NCBI GenBank assembly: GCA_041576165.1
Contig: JBFGLM010000041.1
Span: forward strand, 1-41,172
Direction of reading: 5' to 3'
DNA: 41,172 nucleotides
Origin: Acidimicrobiia bacterium
GTDB taxonomy: Bacteria; Actinomycetota; Acidimicrobiia; Spongiisociales; Spongiisociaceae
The notes below the pieces were generated by a model. That model worked only from the letters and a program-made list of their open reading frames with translations, ran no database searches and was not told where the DNA came from. Below, piece after piece: positions 9,699-19,214 of this stretch. The position numbers and the translations under genes were made by a program. Every line of letters begins with the position of its first letter. Position 1 is the first letter of the stretch.

Positions 9699-10513
9699 GA
9701 CTGCGCCACTTGCGTGGCTCGGTCCAGCCAGTCCAGGGTGACCCTGTTGAAGGTGTCGGGATCCTGCAATCCGACCAGATGTGAGCCACCTTCGAACACG
9801 TAAAACTCGGATCCGGGGATGGCGGCGTGGAGTTCGCGTGAGTAGTACGGCGGCAGGCACATGTCGAACTCGCCAACGGTGATCAGCGTCGGTGCGGTAA
9901 TGCGTCCGATCCGATCCGCTTCGTCGTGGGTGAGGTTGGCTTCCACCTGTCCCATCAGCCCGTCGTAAGGTGACGAATGGGCCTTCATGTTGGCCAGGAT
10001 TTCCTGCGCTCGGTCGTAGTTGTGCACGAAGAACTCGGGCGGGAAGAGATACAGCAGCGCACCGTCGTAGTAGAGATCCAACCCACCTTCCTCGAGGAAT
10101 CGCTTGAGCAGGCTCAGGTACATGCGGGCGTACCCGCTGGTCTTGGCCCATGTTCCGTGCAGCTGGAGGGTTTCCACCCGCTTTGGTTGGTCGATCGCCA
10201 ACCGCATGGCGATGGCCCCGCCCAGCGAGAGGCCCACGATGTGCGCGGTCGCCACGCCGAGCTCGTCGAGGAGCCCGATCGTGTCCTCGGTCATCAGCGC
10301 CACGCTGTACGGCGGCGGGGGGCTGGAACTCCTGCCGGAGCCGCGGTTGTCGAATATCAGGCAGCGGTATCGTTCGCCGTAGGCCTCCACCTGCGGAAGC
10401 CAACGCGAACTGTCTGCCCCCGTCCCCCGGACGAAGACGACAGGGGTCCCTGCCTCGGCACCGTGCCACTCGTAGTAGAGCTCGATTCCGCTCGCCAAGG
10501 TTGCATGCGGCAT
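9695..10513 (-). CDS. Alpha/beta-fold hydrolase (PcaD/RutD-like)
   Basis: FDNRGSGRS, nucleophile GLSLGG, acid GEFD, His GGSHL. Confidence 0.9.
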   Translation of the reverse strand: MPHATLASGIELYYEWHGAEAGTPVVFVRGTGADSSRWLPQVEAYGERYRCLIFDNRGSGRSSSPPPPYSVALMTEDTIGLLDELGVATAHIVGLSLGGAIAMRLAIDQPKRVETLQLHGTWAKTSGYARMYLSLLKRFLEEGGLDLYYDGALLYLFPPEFFVHNYDRAQEILANMKAHSSPYDGLMGQVEANLTHDEADRIGRITAPTLITVGEFDMCLPPYYSRELHAAIPGSEFYVFEGGSHLVGLQDPDTFNRVTLDWLDRATQVAQS

Positions 10514-10535
10514 GGCTGGCTCTCCTATGTCGCGG

Positions 10536-11966
10536 TCAGACCGCTAGTTCGACGGCCGGCCAAGGAAACGCAAGCCCAAGTGCGGCCTCCAGCCCGGCGC
10601 CGGCTCGCAGGGCCGTCGCTTCGTCATATCGGCGCGCGGTCAACTGCACGCCGACGGGTATTCCGTCGTGGTCGTAGCCGGCCCGTACGACGACGGCCGG
10701 CAGGCCGATCAGGTCCTGAGGCACCGTGTAATCCATCACGAGGTCCCGGAACGGCAAAGATGAGCCGCGATGTGACACCTCGTCCGGATCGGACACCGAT
10801 GAGGGACCGCCCGCCGAGACGGGAGTGAGGATCACGTCGACCCGAGCGAACGCCTCCTCGAAGGCGCGCCCCACCAGCTGTGCGGTCGTTCGTGCGTCGA
10901 GGTAGTCCGAGATCGTCACCTCGGTCGCCATCTGCAGCCGGCCACGCACATCCCCGCCGTACTGCCCGGCACGCTCCGGATACGTCCCCAGGATGGTGGA
11001 GTGGTAGTGCAGCGCCTCGGCCATCTGGATCGCTCCGAACGCGGCCCGGATCCGATCGGCGCCGGCGATCGGGACCTCGACCAGCTCGGCGCCCGCACCT
11101 TCGAGCACCCGGACCACGCGCTCGAACAGCTCTGCGTAGTCGTCTCTGAGCGGCCGCAGGTGGAGATCCGGTGCCAGCCCTACTCGCATGCCGTGGGCGC
11201 CTTCGGCCAGGTCACCGACGTGGGGGGCGGGGACTGCGAAAGTGGAGGGATCGAGCGGGTCATGACCGGCCATCGCGAGGTAGCCGTCGGCCAGATCCGG
11301 GACAGAGCGGGCCATGACGCCGGGGTGGTCGAGGGAAGGAGCCAGCGCCACCCCACCCCGTTTGGGGATGCGCCCGTAGGTTGGTTTGATGCCGGCTGCT
11401 CCGCAGAATCCCGCCGGTATGCGGATCGATCCTCCGGTGTCGCTGCCGACCGCGACCGGGACCATGCCGGTTGCCAGGGCCGCGGCCGATCCACCGCTCG
11501 ATCCACCGGGCACCCGGTCGAGCGCCCAGGGGTTGCTGGTGCTGCCCAGCGTGGCGTGCTGGGTGGTGATGCCCCAACCCAGCTCATGTGACCGGGTAAC
11601 GCCCATCACTACCGCCCCAACGGCGCGGAGCCGCCGCACTATCTCGGCGTCGGACGGGCTGATCCGATCGGCGAATACTTCGGAGCCGTAACAACCGGAC
11701 AGACCCTCGACGTCGAACAGCTCCTTGATCGCCACGGGGATGCCATGCAGCGGGCCCTGCGTCTCGCCGCGGCCCAGTTGCGCCGTTCGCTCCGCCGCCT
11801 CGGACGTGGCTCGCTCGGCCGCCACCTGCCGGAAGGCGCCGACCGCACCGTCGAGGGCTTCGATTCGGGTCAGGCACGCGGCTACGACCTCATCGGGCGT
11901 CAGGGTCCGTGCGGCGAAGGCGCTCTGCAGAGCGCGGACGCCGAGCTCCCACGGTTCCGTTCCCAT
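10536..11966 (-). CDS. Amidase-signature family amidase
   Basis: GPLHGIPVAIKELF, PGGSSGGSAAA, GSDTGGSIRIPAGFCG (Ser-cisSer-Lys triad). ATG 11966 overlaps the cupin stop (TGATG). Confidence 0.93.
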   Translation of the reverse strand: MGTEPWELGVRALQSAFAARTLTPDEVVAACLTRIEALDGAVGAFRQVAAERATSEAAERTAQLGRGETQGPLHGIPVAIKELFDVEGLSGCYGSEVFADRISPSDAEIVRRLRAVGAVVMGVTRSHELGWGITTQHATLGSTSNPWALDRVPGGSSGGSAAALATGMVPVAVGSDTGGSIRIPAGFCGAAGIKPTYGRIPKRGGVALAPSLDHPGVMARSVPDLADGYLAMAGHDPLDPSTFAVPAPHVGDLAEGAHGMRVGLAPDLHLRPLRDDYAELFERVVRVLEGAGAELVEVPIAGADRIRAAFGAIQMAEALHYHSTILGTYPERAGQYGGDVRGRLQMATEVTISDYLDARTTAQLVGRAFEEAFARVDVILTPVSAGGPSSVSDPDEVSHRGSSLPFRDLVMDYTVPQDLIGLPAVVVRAGYDHDGIPVGVQLTARRYDEATALRAGAGLEAALGLAFPWPAVELAV

Positions 11967-12352
11967 CAGTCGACCGCGACGTAGCCGGCGCCTTCCAGCG
12001 TCGATGCGCCACCCAGCACCCAATAGATGACCAGGTTCTCATCGCCGGCGATGGCGCCATGGATGACACCGCGGGGGACGAAGATCACGTCACCCGGACC
12101 AATGTCGTACCACTCGTCGCCGACGCGGTGCCGGCCCGTGCCGGATTGGACGATCACTGTCTCCTCGGCATTGGGGTGGTAATGCTGTTCGTGTGTGCCG
12201 CCACCCCCGGGGTAGATGGTCTGACCCACTCCGGTCAGAGCCGCGCCGTTGCGCTCTTCGTTTACGAGCCAGCGCACGTCGAGGTGGCTGAAGGCCGTGC
12301 CGCTCAGATCGGCCGGCGGCGTGGTGTCGGCCCGCACGACGTACTCGGCCAC
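11966..12352 (-). CDS. Cupin-domain protein
   Basis: Metal motifs HEQHYHPNAEE and GDVIFVPRGVIH. GTG 12352 preceded by GGAGAGGAGG. Confidence 0.88.
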   Translation of the reverse strand: MAEYVVRADTTPPADLSGTAFSHLDVRWLVNEERNGAALTGVGQTIYPGGGGTHEQHYHPNAEETVIVQSGTGRHRVGDEWYDIGPGDVIFVPRGVIHGAIAGDENLVIYWVLGGASTLEGAGYVAVD

Positions 12353-12367
12353 GAGCGCCTCCTCTCC

Positions 12368-12387
12368 CAAGATTTATATACTATAAA
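12368..12387. promoter_or_regulatory. Putative GntR operator 2 (TTTATA-N3-TATAAA)
   Basis: caagatttatatactataaa in the 55-bp divergent cupin/ATPase gap; matches 8927-8946. Confidence 0.65.
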
Positions 12388-12407
12388 CTATCGACCCAAC
12401 CCCTGGC

Positions 12408-13223
12408 ATGACGGACGTACCGAGCACGAGCCCCACGGACACCGACACTTCGATCGCGCTCGAGGTAGACGGCTTGTCGAAGTCGTTTGGAGCAGTCAAA
12501 GCTCTGCGGGACGTCAGCCTGACGCTGGAGCGGGGTGACGTGCTGGGTCTGGTGGGAGACAACGGGGCCGGTAAGACCACGCTGGTGAACTGCCTCTCTG
12601 GAACGGTGAGCCCCGACGCCGGCCGCATTTGCGTTGACGGGGTGCCGGTGCGCATCGACAGCCCGAAGACCGCCCACGCCCTCGGCATCGAAACCGTGTA
12701 TCAGGACCTGGCGCTGGTGGAGACCCTCGATGTCGCGACCAACCTGTTCTTGAACCGGGAGATCAAGAGCCGGTGGCCCATCCTGCGTCAATTGGGCTGG
12801 ATGGACCGGCGACGTATGTACCGCGAGACCGAGGAGACCCTCGCTCGGCTACGGATACGGGTGCCATCGGTCAAACAGCAGGTCGAGAAACTGTCCGGCG
12901 GCCAGCGGCAGTCGATCGCGGTGGGCCGGGCGGTGGCGTGGGGACGTCATATCGTTCTCATGGACGAACCGTCGGCCGCCTTGGGTGTCGAGCAGTCCCG
13001 GCTGGTGCTCGATCTGATCGACCGGCTCCGCCACACGGGCGTGGCGGTGCTTTTGATCAGTCACAACATGCAACACGTGCTCGACGTGTGCAACCGGGCG
13101 GTCGTGCTGCGGCATGGGCGCAAAGTGGGCGACATCTCGATGCTCGGCGTGACGGCGCGGGACCTCGTCGATCTGATCACGGGCGCCGTCGTGGCCGACG
13201 GTGAAGACGAGGACGAAGATTGA
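12408..13223 (+). CDS. Sugar ABC transporter ATP-binding protein (single NBD)
   Basis: Walker A GDNGAGKTT, signature LSGGQRQ, Walker B LMDEPSAALG, H-loop ISHN. Confidence 0.95.
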   Translation: MTDVPSTSPTDTDTSIALEVDGLSKSFGAVKALRDVSLTLERGDVLGLVGDNGAGKTTLVNCLSGTVSPDAGRICVDGVPVRIDSPKTAHALGIETVYQDLALVETLDVATNLFLNREIKSRWPILRQLGWMDRRRMYRETEETLARLRIRVPSVKQQVEKLSGGQRQSIAVGRAVAWGRHIVLMDEPSAALGVEQSRLVLDLIDRLRHTGVAVLLISHNMQHVLDVCNRAVVLRHGRKVGDISMLGVTARDLVDLITGAVVADGEDEDED

Positions 13224-13241
13224 GCGGGTGAGGAGGACACG

Positions 13242-14096
13242 ATGGCCACGCTGCTGATGGGATACGACACCGAGTTTCATGCAATCGGCGAGAACCTGGC
13301 CAGAGGTGGCGGGATGAGCTTCTATCACGAACTGCCCGACGACACGACCTCCCAGGGGCTCGACATCATCACCCGCAACCATCGTGATTTCGGTGTCGGA
13401 GCCACGCTGTTCGTATGTGGCCGGACGCTCGTTCACAACGTGGCCCGGCTCCAGGAGGCGCGCGACACCGGCCTCTTTGACATCCAGCAGCACACCTACA
13501 GCCATTCCTTGTTCAAACAGGACGAATGGGAAGGCGGGATCTTCCGGGCGTCCCCACCGGAAGCTCTTGCCCACGAACTGCAGGCGACGTCGGGTTTGAT
13601 CACCGAACATCTGGGGCTCGACTGCATCGGGCTGCGCACTCCCCACGGGTACTGGCAGGGTCTCGCCGACCGGCCGGACTTGCTCTCGATTCTCGACGAA
13701 GCCGGCCTCAAATACGTCAGCTCGTGGGGACGCAACTCCGAGAACGGCAACCCAACTCCCCTTGACATCCAGCCGTTCTGGTACGACGACCAGGGATTCC
13801 CTGAGATTCTCGAGATGCCGTTTCAGTACTGGCTGGACGGGTTCTGGTTCGAGATCAACGGCCGCGACCGTGGCACCGAGTTCCTCGACGTGCTCAAAGC
13901 CGCCGTAGACGAGATCGTCGACAAGGATCTCGTATACGGAGCGTGCTTCCACGAGTGGGCGATGCTGCTGTACAACGAGGAGGGGACCGGCTGGGTGCGA
14001 GGGCTGCTCGAATATGCCCTCGAGCGCGGGGTGGACGTGATGTCGTACGGGGACTATTACGCCCGGGCGCTCAGAGCGAAAGCCGCGGCTGTGTGA
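13242..14096 (+). CDS. Polysaccharide-deacetylase (CE4/NodB-fold) family cytoplasmic amidohydrolase
   Basis: GYDTE, ATLFVCG, QHTYSH, GLRTPHG, FHEW. No signal peptide. RBS GAGGAGG. Confidence 0.82.
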   Translation: MATLLMGYDTEFHAIGENLARGGGMSFYHELPDDTTSQGLDIITRNHRDFGVGATLFVCGRTLVHNVARLQEARDTGLFDIQQHTYSHSLFKQDEWEGGIFRASPPEALAHELQATSGLITEHLGLDCIGLRTPHGYWQGLADRPDLLSILDEAGLKYVSSWGRNSENGNPTPLDIQPFWYDDQGFPEILEMPFQYWLDGFWFEINGRDRGTEFLDVLKAAVDEIVDKDLVYGACFHEWAMLLYNEEGTGWVRGLLEYALERGVDVMSYGDYYARALRAKAAAV

Positions 14097-14479
14097 CCGG
14101 GCCTGCGCACCGTCCCGGCAGCCCGAGGTCGCTGCGACTGTCCGCAGCGGTCGCTGCCACTGCGTCCCTGGCGAGCGCCTGCTATCTGCCGGCGTCCGAA
14201 GTCGTGCTCCCACTCGAGAACATGGTTCTGGTCGCCGTGTACCGCTGCTCGGAGACGGTGGTGGCCGGTGAGGTCATCAACGACAACGACGTACCGATCC
14301 AGATAGTCATCACCCCGCGCTGGATGGATGCGCAGCGGGTCAGCTTCCACGAGGTGGCGATCGATCCCATCGATGTGCCGCCCGGCTCGACCGTTGAGTG
14401 GGAGGCGGAAGCCGGTGCCGAGATCGCCCGGCCCCAGTTCTGTGAAGCAGAAACAGTTGCCATCGACGAAGCGGGCTGA
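14093..14479 (+). CDS. Small putative lipoprotein (FxLYD-like Ig fold)
   Basis: GTGA overlap with the upstream stop. Possible lipobox LASAC. GEVINDND...WMDAQ...VPPGSTVEWEA resembles FxLYD-type domains. Confidence 0.55.
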   Translation: MTGPAHRPGSPRSLRLSAAVAATASLASACYLPASEVVLPLENMVLVAVYRCSETVVAGEVINDNDVPIQIVITPRWMDAQRVSFHEVAIDPIDVPPGSTVEWEAEAGAEIARPQFCEAETVAIDEAG

Positions 14480-14518
14480 CGCGGGCAAGATGAGCAAGGT
14501 CACGAGATGGAGGCGCCC

Positions 14519-15388
14519 ATGACAACCGCAGCTACAGGGGTGAGGACCGGTCCGCTGACGGCCGACGAGATCCTGGAGTTCAACCACAAGGGTTTCCTGC
14601 GCCCCGGGCGGGTACTCACCGGGGATCAGCTGGAGGTGCTGCGTGCCGCCGTGGAGGACGCCCGGGTGCGCGAAGGTGAGCGAGGTCAGGCGTACGACCT
14701 GCTGGATCCCGGTCTGTGGCCCGAGGACAGCGAGCTTCCCCCCGAGCCGGGCAAGTCGGTGGGGTTTCTCTTCAACCTGTGGTTGTGGAACGACGACGTG
14801 CGGCAGGTTTCGTTCCATCCGACCCTCGCCCGCTGGGCGGCGCAGCTGATCGGTTCGCGGCAGGTGCGGATACTGGAGGACAACGCGCTCTTCAAAGATG
14901 CCGGGCAAGGCGGCAGCCTCAAGTGGCACCAGGACTACCCGTACTGGCCCCTTGCCCAGCCAAACGCCGTGACCGCCTGGATAGCCCTCGACGACGTCGA
15001 CGCGGAGAACGGGGCGATGCAGATGGCCGCCGGCAGCCATATCACCGGCGAGACCCTTCCCGCGATCTTCGGAACGGGCACGACCTATATGAACGAGCTG
15101 CGACCGTCCACGGTGAAGCCGATTCGCGACCCAGCGGCGGAAGGCATGGAGATCGAAACGATCAGCCTGGCGGCCGGCGAGGTGTCACTACACCATTCTT
15201 TGACGTGGCACGCGTCTTTGCCCAACGTCTCCGACCGGCCCCGCCGTTCCATCGTCGTCAGATTCGTGGGTGACGGTACGGTGTGGCTTGGAAGCCGCCG
15301 GTATGAGTTCAACTATTCGGATGACGAGGTCGGGTTCGACATCGGTGAGCCGCTCGGCGGTCGGTACTTCCCGATCGTTCCGTATTGA
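14519..15388 (+). CDS. Phytanoyl-CoA dioxygenase (PhyH) family Fe(II)/2-oxoglutarate oxygenase
   Basis: WHQDYPYW (HxD), TAWIALDDVDAENGAM, GSH, HHSLTWHASLPNVSDRPRR. RBS GGAGG before ATG 14519. Confidence 0.9.
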   Translation: MTTAATGVRTGPLTADEILEFNHKGFLRPGRVLTGDQLEVLRAAVEDARVREGERGQAYDLLDPGLWPEDSELPPEPGKSVGFLFNLWLWNDDVRQVSFHPTLARWAAQLIGSRQVRILEDNALFKDAGQGGSLKWHQDYPYWPLAQPNAVTAWIALDDVDAENGAMQMAAGSHITGETLPAIFGTGTTYMNELRPSTVKPIRDPAAEGMEIETISLAAGEVSLHHSLTWHASLPNVSDRPRRSIVVRFVGDGTVWLGSRRYEFNYSDDEVGFDIGEPLGGRYFPIVPY

Positions 15389-15400
15389 GCTGGGAGGAGA

Positions 15401-16804
15401 ATGATGAACGGCGATCGTATCGGATACCGCTTGTCGGGCGGGCGTCTGCTCACCTGCGAGGACACCTCCGTGCTCGAAGACGGGACGGTCGTCACCGAAG
15501 CGGACCGGATTACATGGGTCGGTCCGACCCGGGCCGTCCCCGAGCATTACCAAACCGAGGCCTACGAGGCGGTAGACACGACGGGCAAGACCGTCATGCC
15601 TGGGTTGGTCGATGGCCACATGCATATCAGCTTCGGCGAGGCCGCATCAGAAGAGGAGCTGTCGATCTACACCCCGGCCGAGTACCGGTCGATCCGGGCG
15701 GCAGTCGACGCCGAAAAAGCGCTGCTGGCAGGGGTCACCAGTTCGTGCGATCCGGGAGGCCCCTACCAGGTGGCCATTGCGGTGCGGGATGCTATCGATG
15801 CCAATCTGATCCAAGGGCCCCGAATGGCGTGCGCCGGCAAGCAGATCACCACCCAGCAAGGGATAGCCGATGGCTTCCCCAGCTGGATCGGGGTGCCCGA
15901 GTCGTCCTTCGGGGCGCTGGTGCGCAACTCGGACGAGCTGATCCAGGAGATCCGGAACGAGGTCAAGGACGGGGTGGACCTGATCAAGATCGCCGGATCA
16001 GGCGGGTCATCGGATGAATATGCCTCCTTCCGCCTTGAGGAACTGGAGTTGGCGGTGGACGAGGCGCACCGCCTCGACCGGCCCGTCACGATCCACGCCC
16101 GCTCCCGCCAGTCCGTGGAGTTCGCGGCAAAAGCAGGGGTCGACTGGATCATGCACGCTTCCTACATGGACGAGCCGACGCTGGAGATGGTCCTGGAAAA
16201 GGAGATCCCGCTTTTGCCGGCAATGACCCTGCTCGTCAACACACTCGAGGCCAATCGGGAGGATCTCTCGCCGGCGATGCGGGACGGCATCAAGCGGGAG
16301 CTGGACGCCGCCACCCAGATTCTCAGCAGAGCACGCGAGGCCGGCGCCACGCTGGTGGCCGGCTCGGAGAGCGGCTTCGCCATGACACCCTACGGGGAGT
16401 GGCACGCCCGGGAGATGGAGCTGTTCGTCGATCTGCTGGGCATGAGCCATTTCGAGGCGCTGCTGGCGATGACCCGTAACAGCGCCAGGACGCTGCCCCG
16501 CCACGCCGCCGACATCGGCACCGTCACACCCGGCAAGTACGCCGACGTGCTGGTCGTAGACGGCGCCCCCGACCGGGATGTGACCGTGTTGCAGGACAAA
16601 GCCAGCCTGGCGTCGATCATGAAGGCGGGCCGGTTCGTGTCGGCCTGGCGACCGCAGGCTGAGCCGCGCCGCCAGCACCCATTCGAGCGGACACACATCT
16701 ACACACCCAAGCCCTACACGCAGCGGGAACGGGCCGACGTGTCGGACAACTACGCGGTGCTCACCGCCCGCGGCACCCGCGATTTCGCCCACCCGCCCGG
16801 ATGA
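15401..16804 (+). CDS. Metal-dependent amidohydrolase (TIM barrel, prolidase-like subgroup)
   Basis: TVMPGLVDGHMH, DLIKIAGSGG, TIHAR, IMHAS, GSESG, GTVTPGKYADVLVVDG. Confidence 0.9.
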   Translation: MMNGDRIGYRLSGGRLLTCEDTSVLEDGTVVTEADRITWVGPTRAVPEHYQTEAYEAVDTTGKTVMPGLVDGHMHISFGEAASEEELSIYTPAEYRSIRAAVDAEKALLAGVTSSCDPGGPYQVAIAVRDAIDANLIQGPRMACAGKQITTQQGIADGFPSWIGVPESSFGALVRNSDELIQEIRNEVKDGVDLIKIAGSGGSSDEYASFRLEELELAVDEAHRLDRPVTIHARSRQSVEFAAKAGVDWIMHASYMDEPTLEMVLEKEIPLLPAMTLLVNTLEANREDLSPAMRDGIKRELDAATQILSRAREAGATLVAGSESGFAMTPYGEWHAREMELFVDLLGMSHFEALLAMTRNSARTLPRHAADIGTVTPGKYADVLVVDGAPDRDVTVLQDKASLASIMKAGRFVSAWRPQAEPRRQHPFERTHIYTPKPYTQRERADVSDNYAVLTARGTRDFAHPPG

Positions 16805-17628
16805 TGTTGGACCTGCGGCCTATCGCAGAGCTGTACGACCTATCCGGCAGGGTGGCGGTCGTCACCGGGGCCGCGCAGGGTTTTGGCGCCGCGATCAGCC
16901 GCCGGCTGGCCGAAGCGGGTGCCCGCGTGGTCATCGTCGATGCCAACGAGGCCGGGGCTGCAAGTCACGCCGAACGCCTGGTCGAGGGCGGCTTCGCGGC
17001 GGAGCCCCGCACCGTCGATGTGAGCAACCCGGCTGCGGTCGATGAGGTGTTTGACGGGCTAAGGGCAGATGTGGTGGTGAACAACGCAGGCGTGTTCTCC
17101 AACTATCTGGCGGTCAACATGCCGGTCGACGAGTTCAACCGGATCATGCAGGTGAACGTGACCGGGGCGTTTCTCTGCTCGCGTACGGCCGCGGCGCAGA
17201 TGATCGACGCCGGCCGACCAGGGGTGATCGTCAACGTGGCGTCGGTCGACGCGATGCATCCGTCGGCGGAAGGGCTGGCTCACTACACCACCTCGAAGCA
17301 CGCAATCGCCGGCCTGACCCGCACATTGGCGATGGAGTTTGCGCCGCACGGGATTCGGGTCAATGCGGTCTGTCCCGGTGCGTCGATGACCGAGGGTGCC
17401 GTTGCGCTGGTGACGGCGGGCGCACCCGACGGGATTGATGTCGAGGCGCAGTGGGACGGGATCAAAGATCGCACTCCGCTCGGCCGGCTGTGCGACCCCG
17501 ATGACGTAGCCCGGGCGGCGCTGTTCTTGGCGTCGGACATGGCCGAGTTCGTAACCGGGGTGCTGCTGCCCGTGGACGGCGGGATCCTGATCCAGCCGCT
17601 CGAGGGGTACGTGCCGGGACACGCCTAA
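16801..17628 (+). CDS. Short-chain dehydrogenase/reductase (SDR)
   Basis: TGAAQGFG, NNAG, catalytic S...YTTSK, IRVNAVCPG. Confidence 0.93.
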   Translation: MMLDLRPIAELYDLSGRVAVVTGAAQGFGAAISRRLAEAGARVVIVDANEAGAASHAERLVEGGFAAEPRTVDVSNPAAVDEVFDGLRADVVVNNAGVFSNYLAVNMPVDEFNRIMQVNVTGAFLCSRTAAAQMIDAGRPGVIVNVASVDAMHPSAEGLAHYTTSKHAIAGLTRTLAMEFAPHGIRVNAVCPGASMTEGAVALVTAGAPDGIDVEAQWDGIKDRTPLGRLCDPDDVARAALFLASDMAEFVTGVLLPVDGGILIQPLEGYVPGHA

Positions 17629-17644
17629 ACGAAGAGGAGTGGAG

Positions 17645-17986
17645 ATGACTGAGGGCTTCCCGGATTTCATCCGGGCCTTGCCGGAACCGGACAGTCCGGT
17701 GGACATGGTGGCGCACATCGTCCCGAACGACTACTGCCTGCCGATGTTCTACGAGATCGACCATGACGTCGAGATCCCCGAGCACATCCACGGCGCCCAA
17801 TGGGGCGTGGTGCTGGAGGGCGAGATGCAGATGACGATCGGCGGTGAGACTCGCACGTACCATCGGGGCGACACGTATGACGTTCCGGAGGGCGTTGCCC
17901 ACATAACGTCGATCAAAGGCGGATATCGCGGTATCGACGTGTTCGCCGATCCGGATCGGTACCTGCCGAAGTCGGGCAACCCATGA
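17645..17986 (+). CDS. Cupin-domain protein
   Basis: PEHIHGAQWGVVLEGEM and GDTYDVPEGVAH. RBS GAGGAG favours ATG 17645. Confidence 0.87.
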   Translation: MTEGFPDFIRALPEPDSPVDMVAHIVPNDYCLPMFYEIDHDVEIPEHIHGAQWGVVLEGEMQMTIGGETRTYHRGDTYDVPEGVAHITSIKGGYRGIDVFADPDRYLPKSGNP

Positions 17987-18924
17987 GGGCCGCCCGCATC
18001 GTCGAGCTGGGCGCCCCACCGGCCATCGATGAGATCGATCCTCCAGCGGCCGGGACCGGCGAGGTGACGATCGAGTTGGAGGCGGCGTCGCTCAACCCGG
18101 CGGATCTGGCGATCGCTTCAGGGGGTTTCTATGCCGGCCATCCCCCGGTCCCGTATGTGCCCGGTCTGGAGGGGGTGGGCCGGGTGGCGGGCGAGGGCCG
18201 GCGGGTGATGGCGCTCGGAGGCGGTCTCGGCGTCACGCGGGACGGCACTGCGGCGGAACAGTTCGCGGCGCCGGTGAGCGCGTTGATAGATCTACGCGAA
18301 GACATCGATGCGGGTGTGGCCGCGGCGCTGGGGACCGCGGCACTGGCCGGCTGGCTGCCGATCACCTGGGCCGCGCGGGTGCAGCCCGGCGAGACGGTGC
18401 TGGTGCTGGGTGCGACAGGCACGGCCGGGTGGGTGGCCGTGCAGGCGTCGCGGCTGGCTCGAGCGGAGCGGGTGGTGGCAGCGGGCCGCAATCCGGCTCG
18501 GCTGCGAATGCTCGAAGAACTCGCCGACGAAGTTGTGTCGTTGGCGGTGGACGATCCGGCCGCCCGGCTCCAGGGCGCGCTGCCGGATGGCGCCGACGTG
18601 GTGTTTGATCCGCTGTGGGCCGAACCGCTGCTGGCTGCGTTGACCGCCGCCCGGGTGGGCGGCCGGGTGGTGCATCTCGGGCAATCGGCCGGCACAACTG
18701 CCAACCTGTCCTCGGCTCTGGTGCGAGGCCGCCGACTCACCATCATCGGTTATTCGAACTTCGGTGTGCCCCGGGCCGATACCGTCACCGCCTATCTGCA
18801 GATGGTCGACCTGGCGGTCGCCGGCCGGCTCAAGCTGCCCGTCGACTCAGTCGCCCTGGAGGACATCGGCAGGGCGTGGGCGGGTGTGGCCGCGTCGGCC
18901 GGCAAGTTCGTCGTGACGCCGTAG
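17983..18924 (+). CDS. Quinone oxidoreductase-like MDR (non-zinc, zeta-crystallin type)
   Basis: AASLNPADL, PYVPGLEGVG, VLVLGATGTAG. No catalytic Zn Cys/His ligands. Confidence 0.87.
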   Translation: MRAARIVELGAPPAIDEIDPPAAGTGEVTIELEAASLNPADLAIASGGFYAGHPPVPYVPGLEGVGRVAGEGRRVMALGGGLGVTRDGTAAEQFAAPVSALIDLREDIDAGVAAALGTAALAGWLPITWAARVQPGETVLVLGATGTAGWVAVQASRLARAERVVAAGRNPARLRMLEELADEVVSLAVDDPAARLQGALPDGADVVFDPLWAEPLLAALTAARVGGRVVHLGQSAGTTANLSSALVRGRRLTIIGYSNFGVPRADTVTAYLQMVDLAVAGRLKLPVDSVALEDIGRAWAGVAASAGKFVVTP

Positions 18925-18935
18925 GAGGACGGGAA

Positions 18936-19214
18936 ATGCCCGAGGAGGTTTTCGTGCCGAAGACCGGCATTTATCTGGACGACGTCCTGCTGATCGAGTG
19001 GACCGTTGAGGAGGGCGCCTATGTCAATGCCGGCGACGTCCTCTTTCGTATGGAGACGAACAAGGTGGAAGAGGAGGTCGAGGCCGAGGCGTCCGGATAC
19101 GTGCATCAGAAGGGCGTTCCCGGCTCGGAGTACGCGATCGGTGCGGTGATCGGATGGATTGCGGAGAACGATCACGCCTATCGGCAGCTGGTCGAGTCGG
19201 GAGGCCCGTCATGA
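18936..19214 (+). CDS. Stand-alone lipoyl-carrier domain protein (92 aa)
   Basis: RBS AGGAGG. MPEEVFVPKTG...EWTVEEGAYVNAGDVLFRMETNKVEEEVEAEASG carries a lipoyl-Lys motif (ETxKV). No catalytic domain follows; stop overlaps the E1alpha start (ATGA). Confidence 0.88.
   Translation: MPEEVFVPKTGIYLDDVLLIEWTVEEGAYVNAGDVLFRMETNKVEEEVEAEASGYVHQKGVPGSEYAIGAVIGWIAENDHAYRQLVESGGPS

Noticed and set aside
10536-11966. Calling the amidase gatA
   Set aside because: No gatB/gatC nearby and the context is catabolic.
12849-14213. 454-aa minus-strand ORF
   Set aside because: Shadow of the ATPase and deacetylase genes, an artefact of high-GC codon bias.
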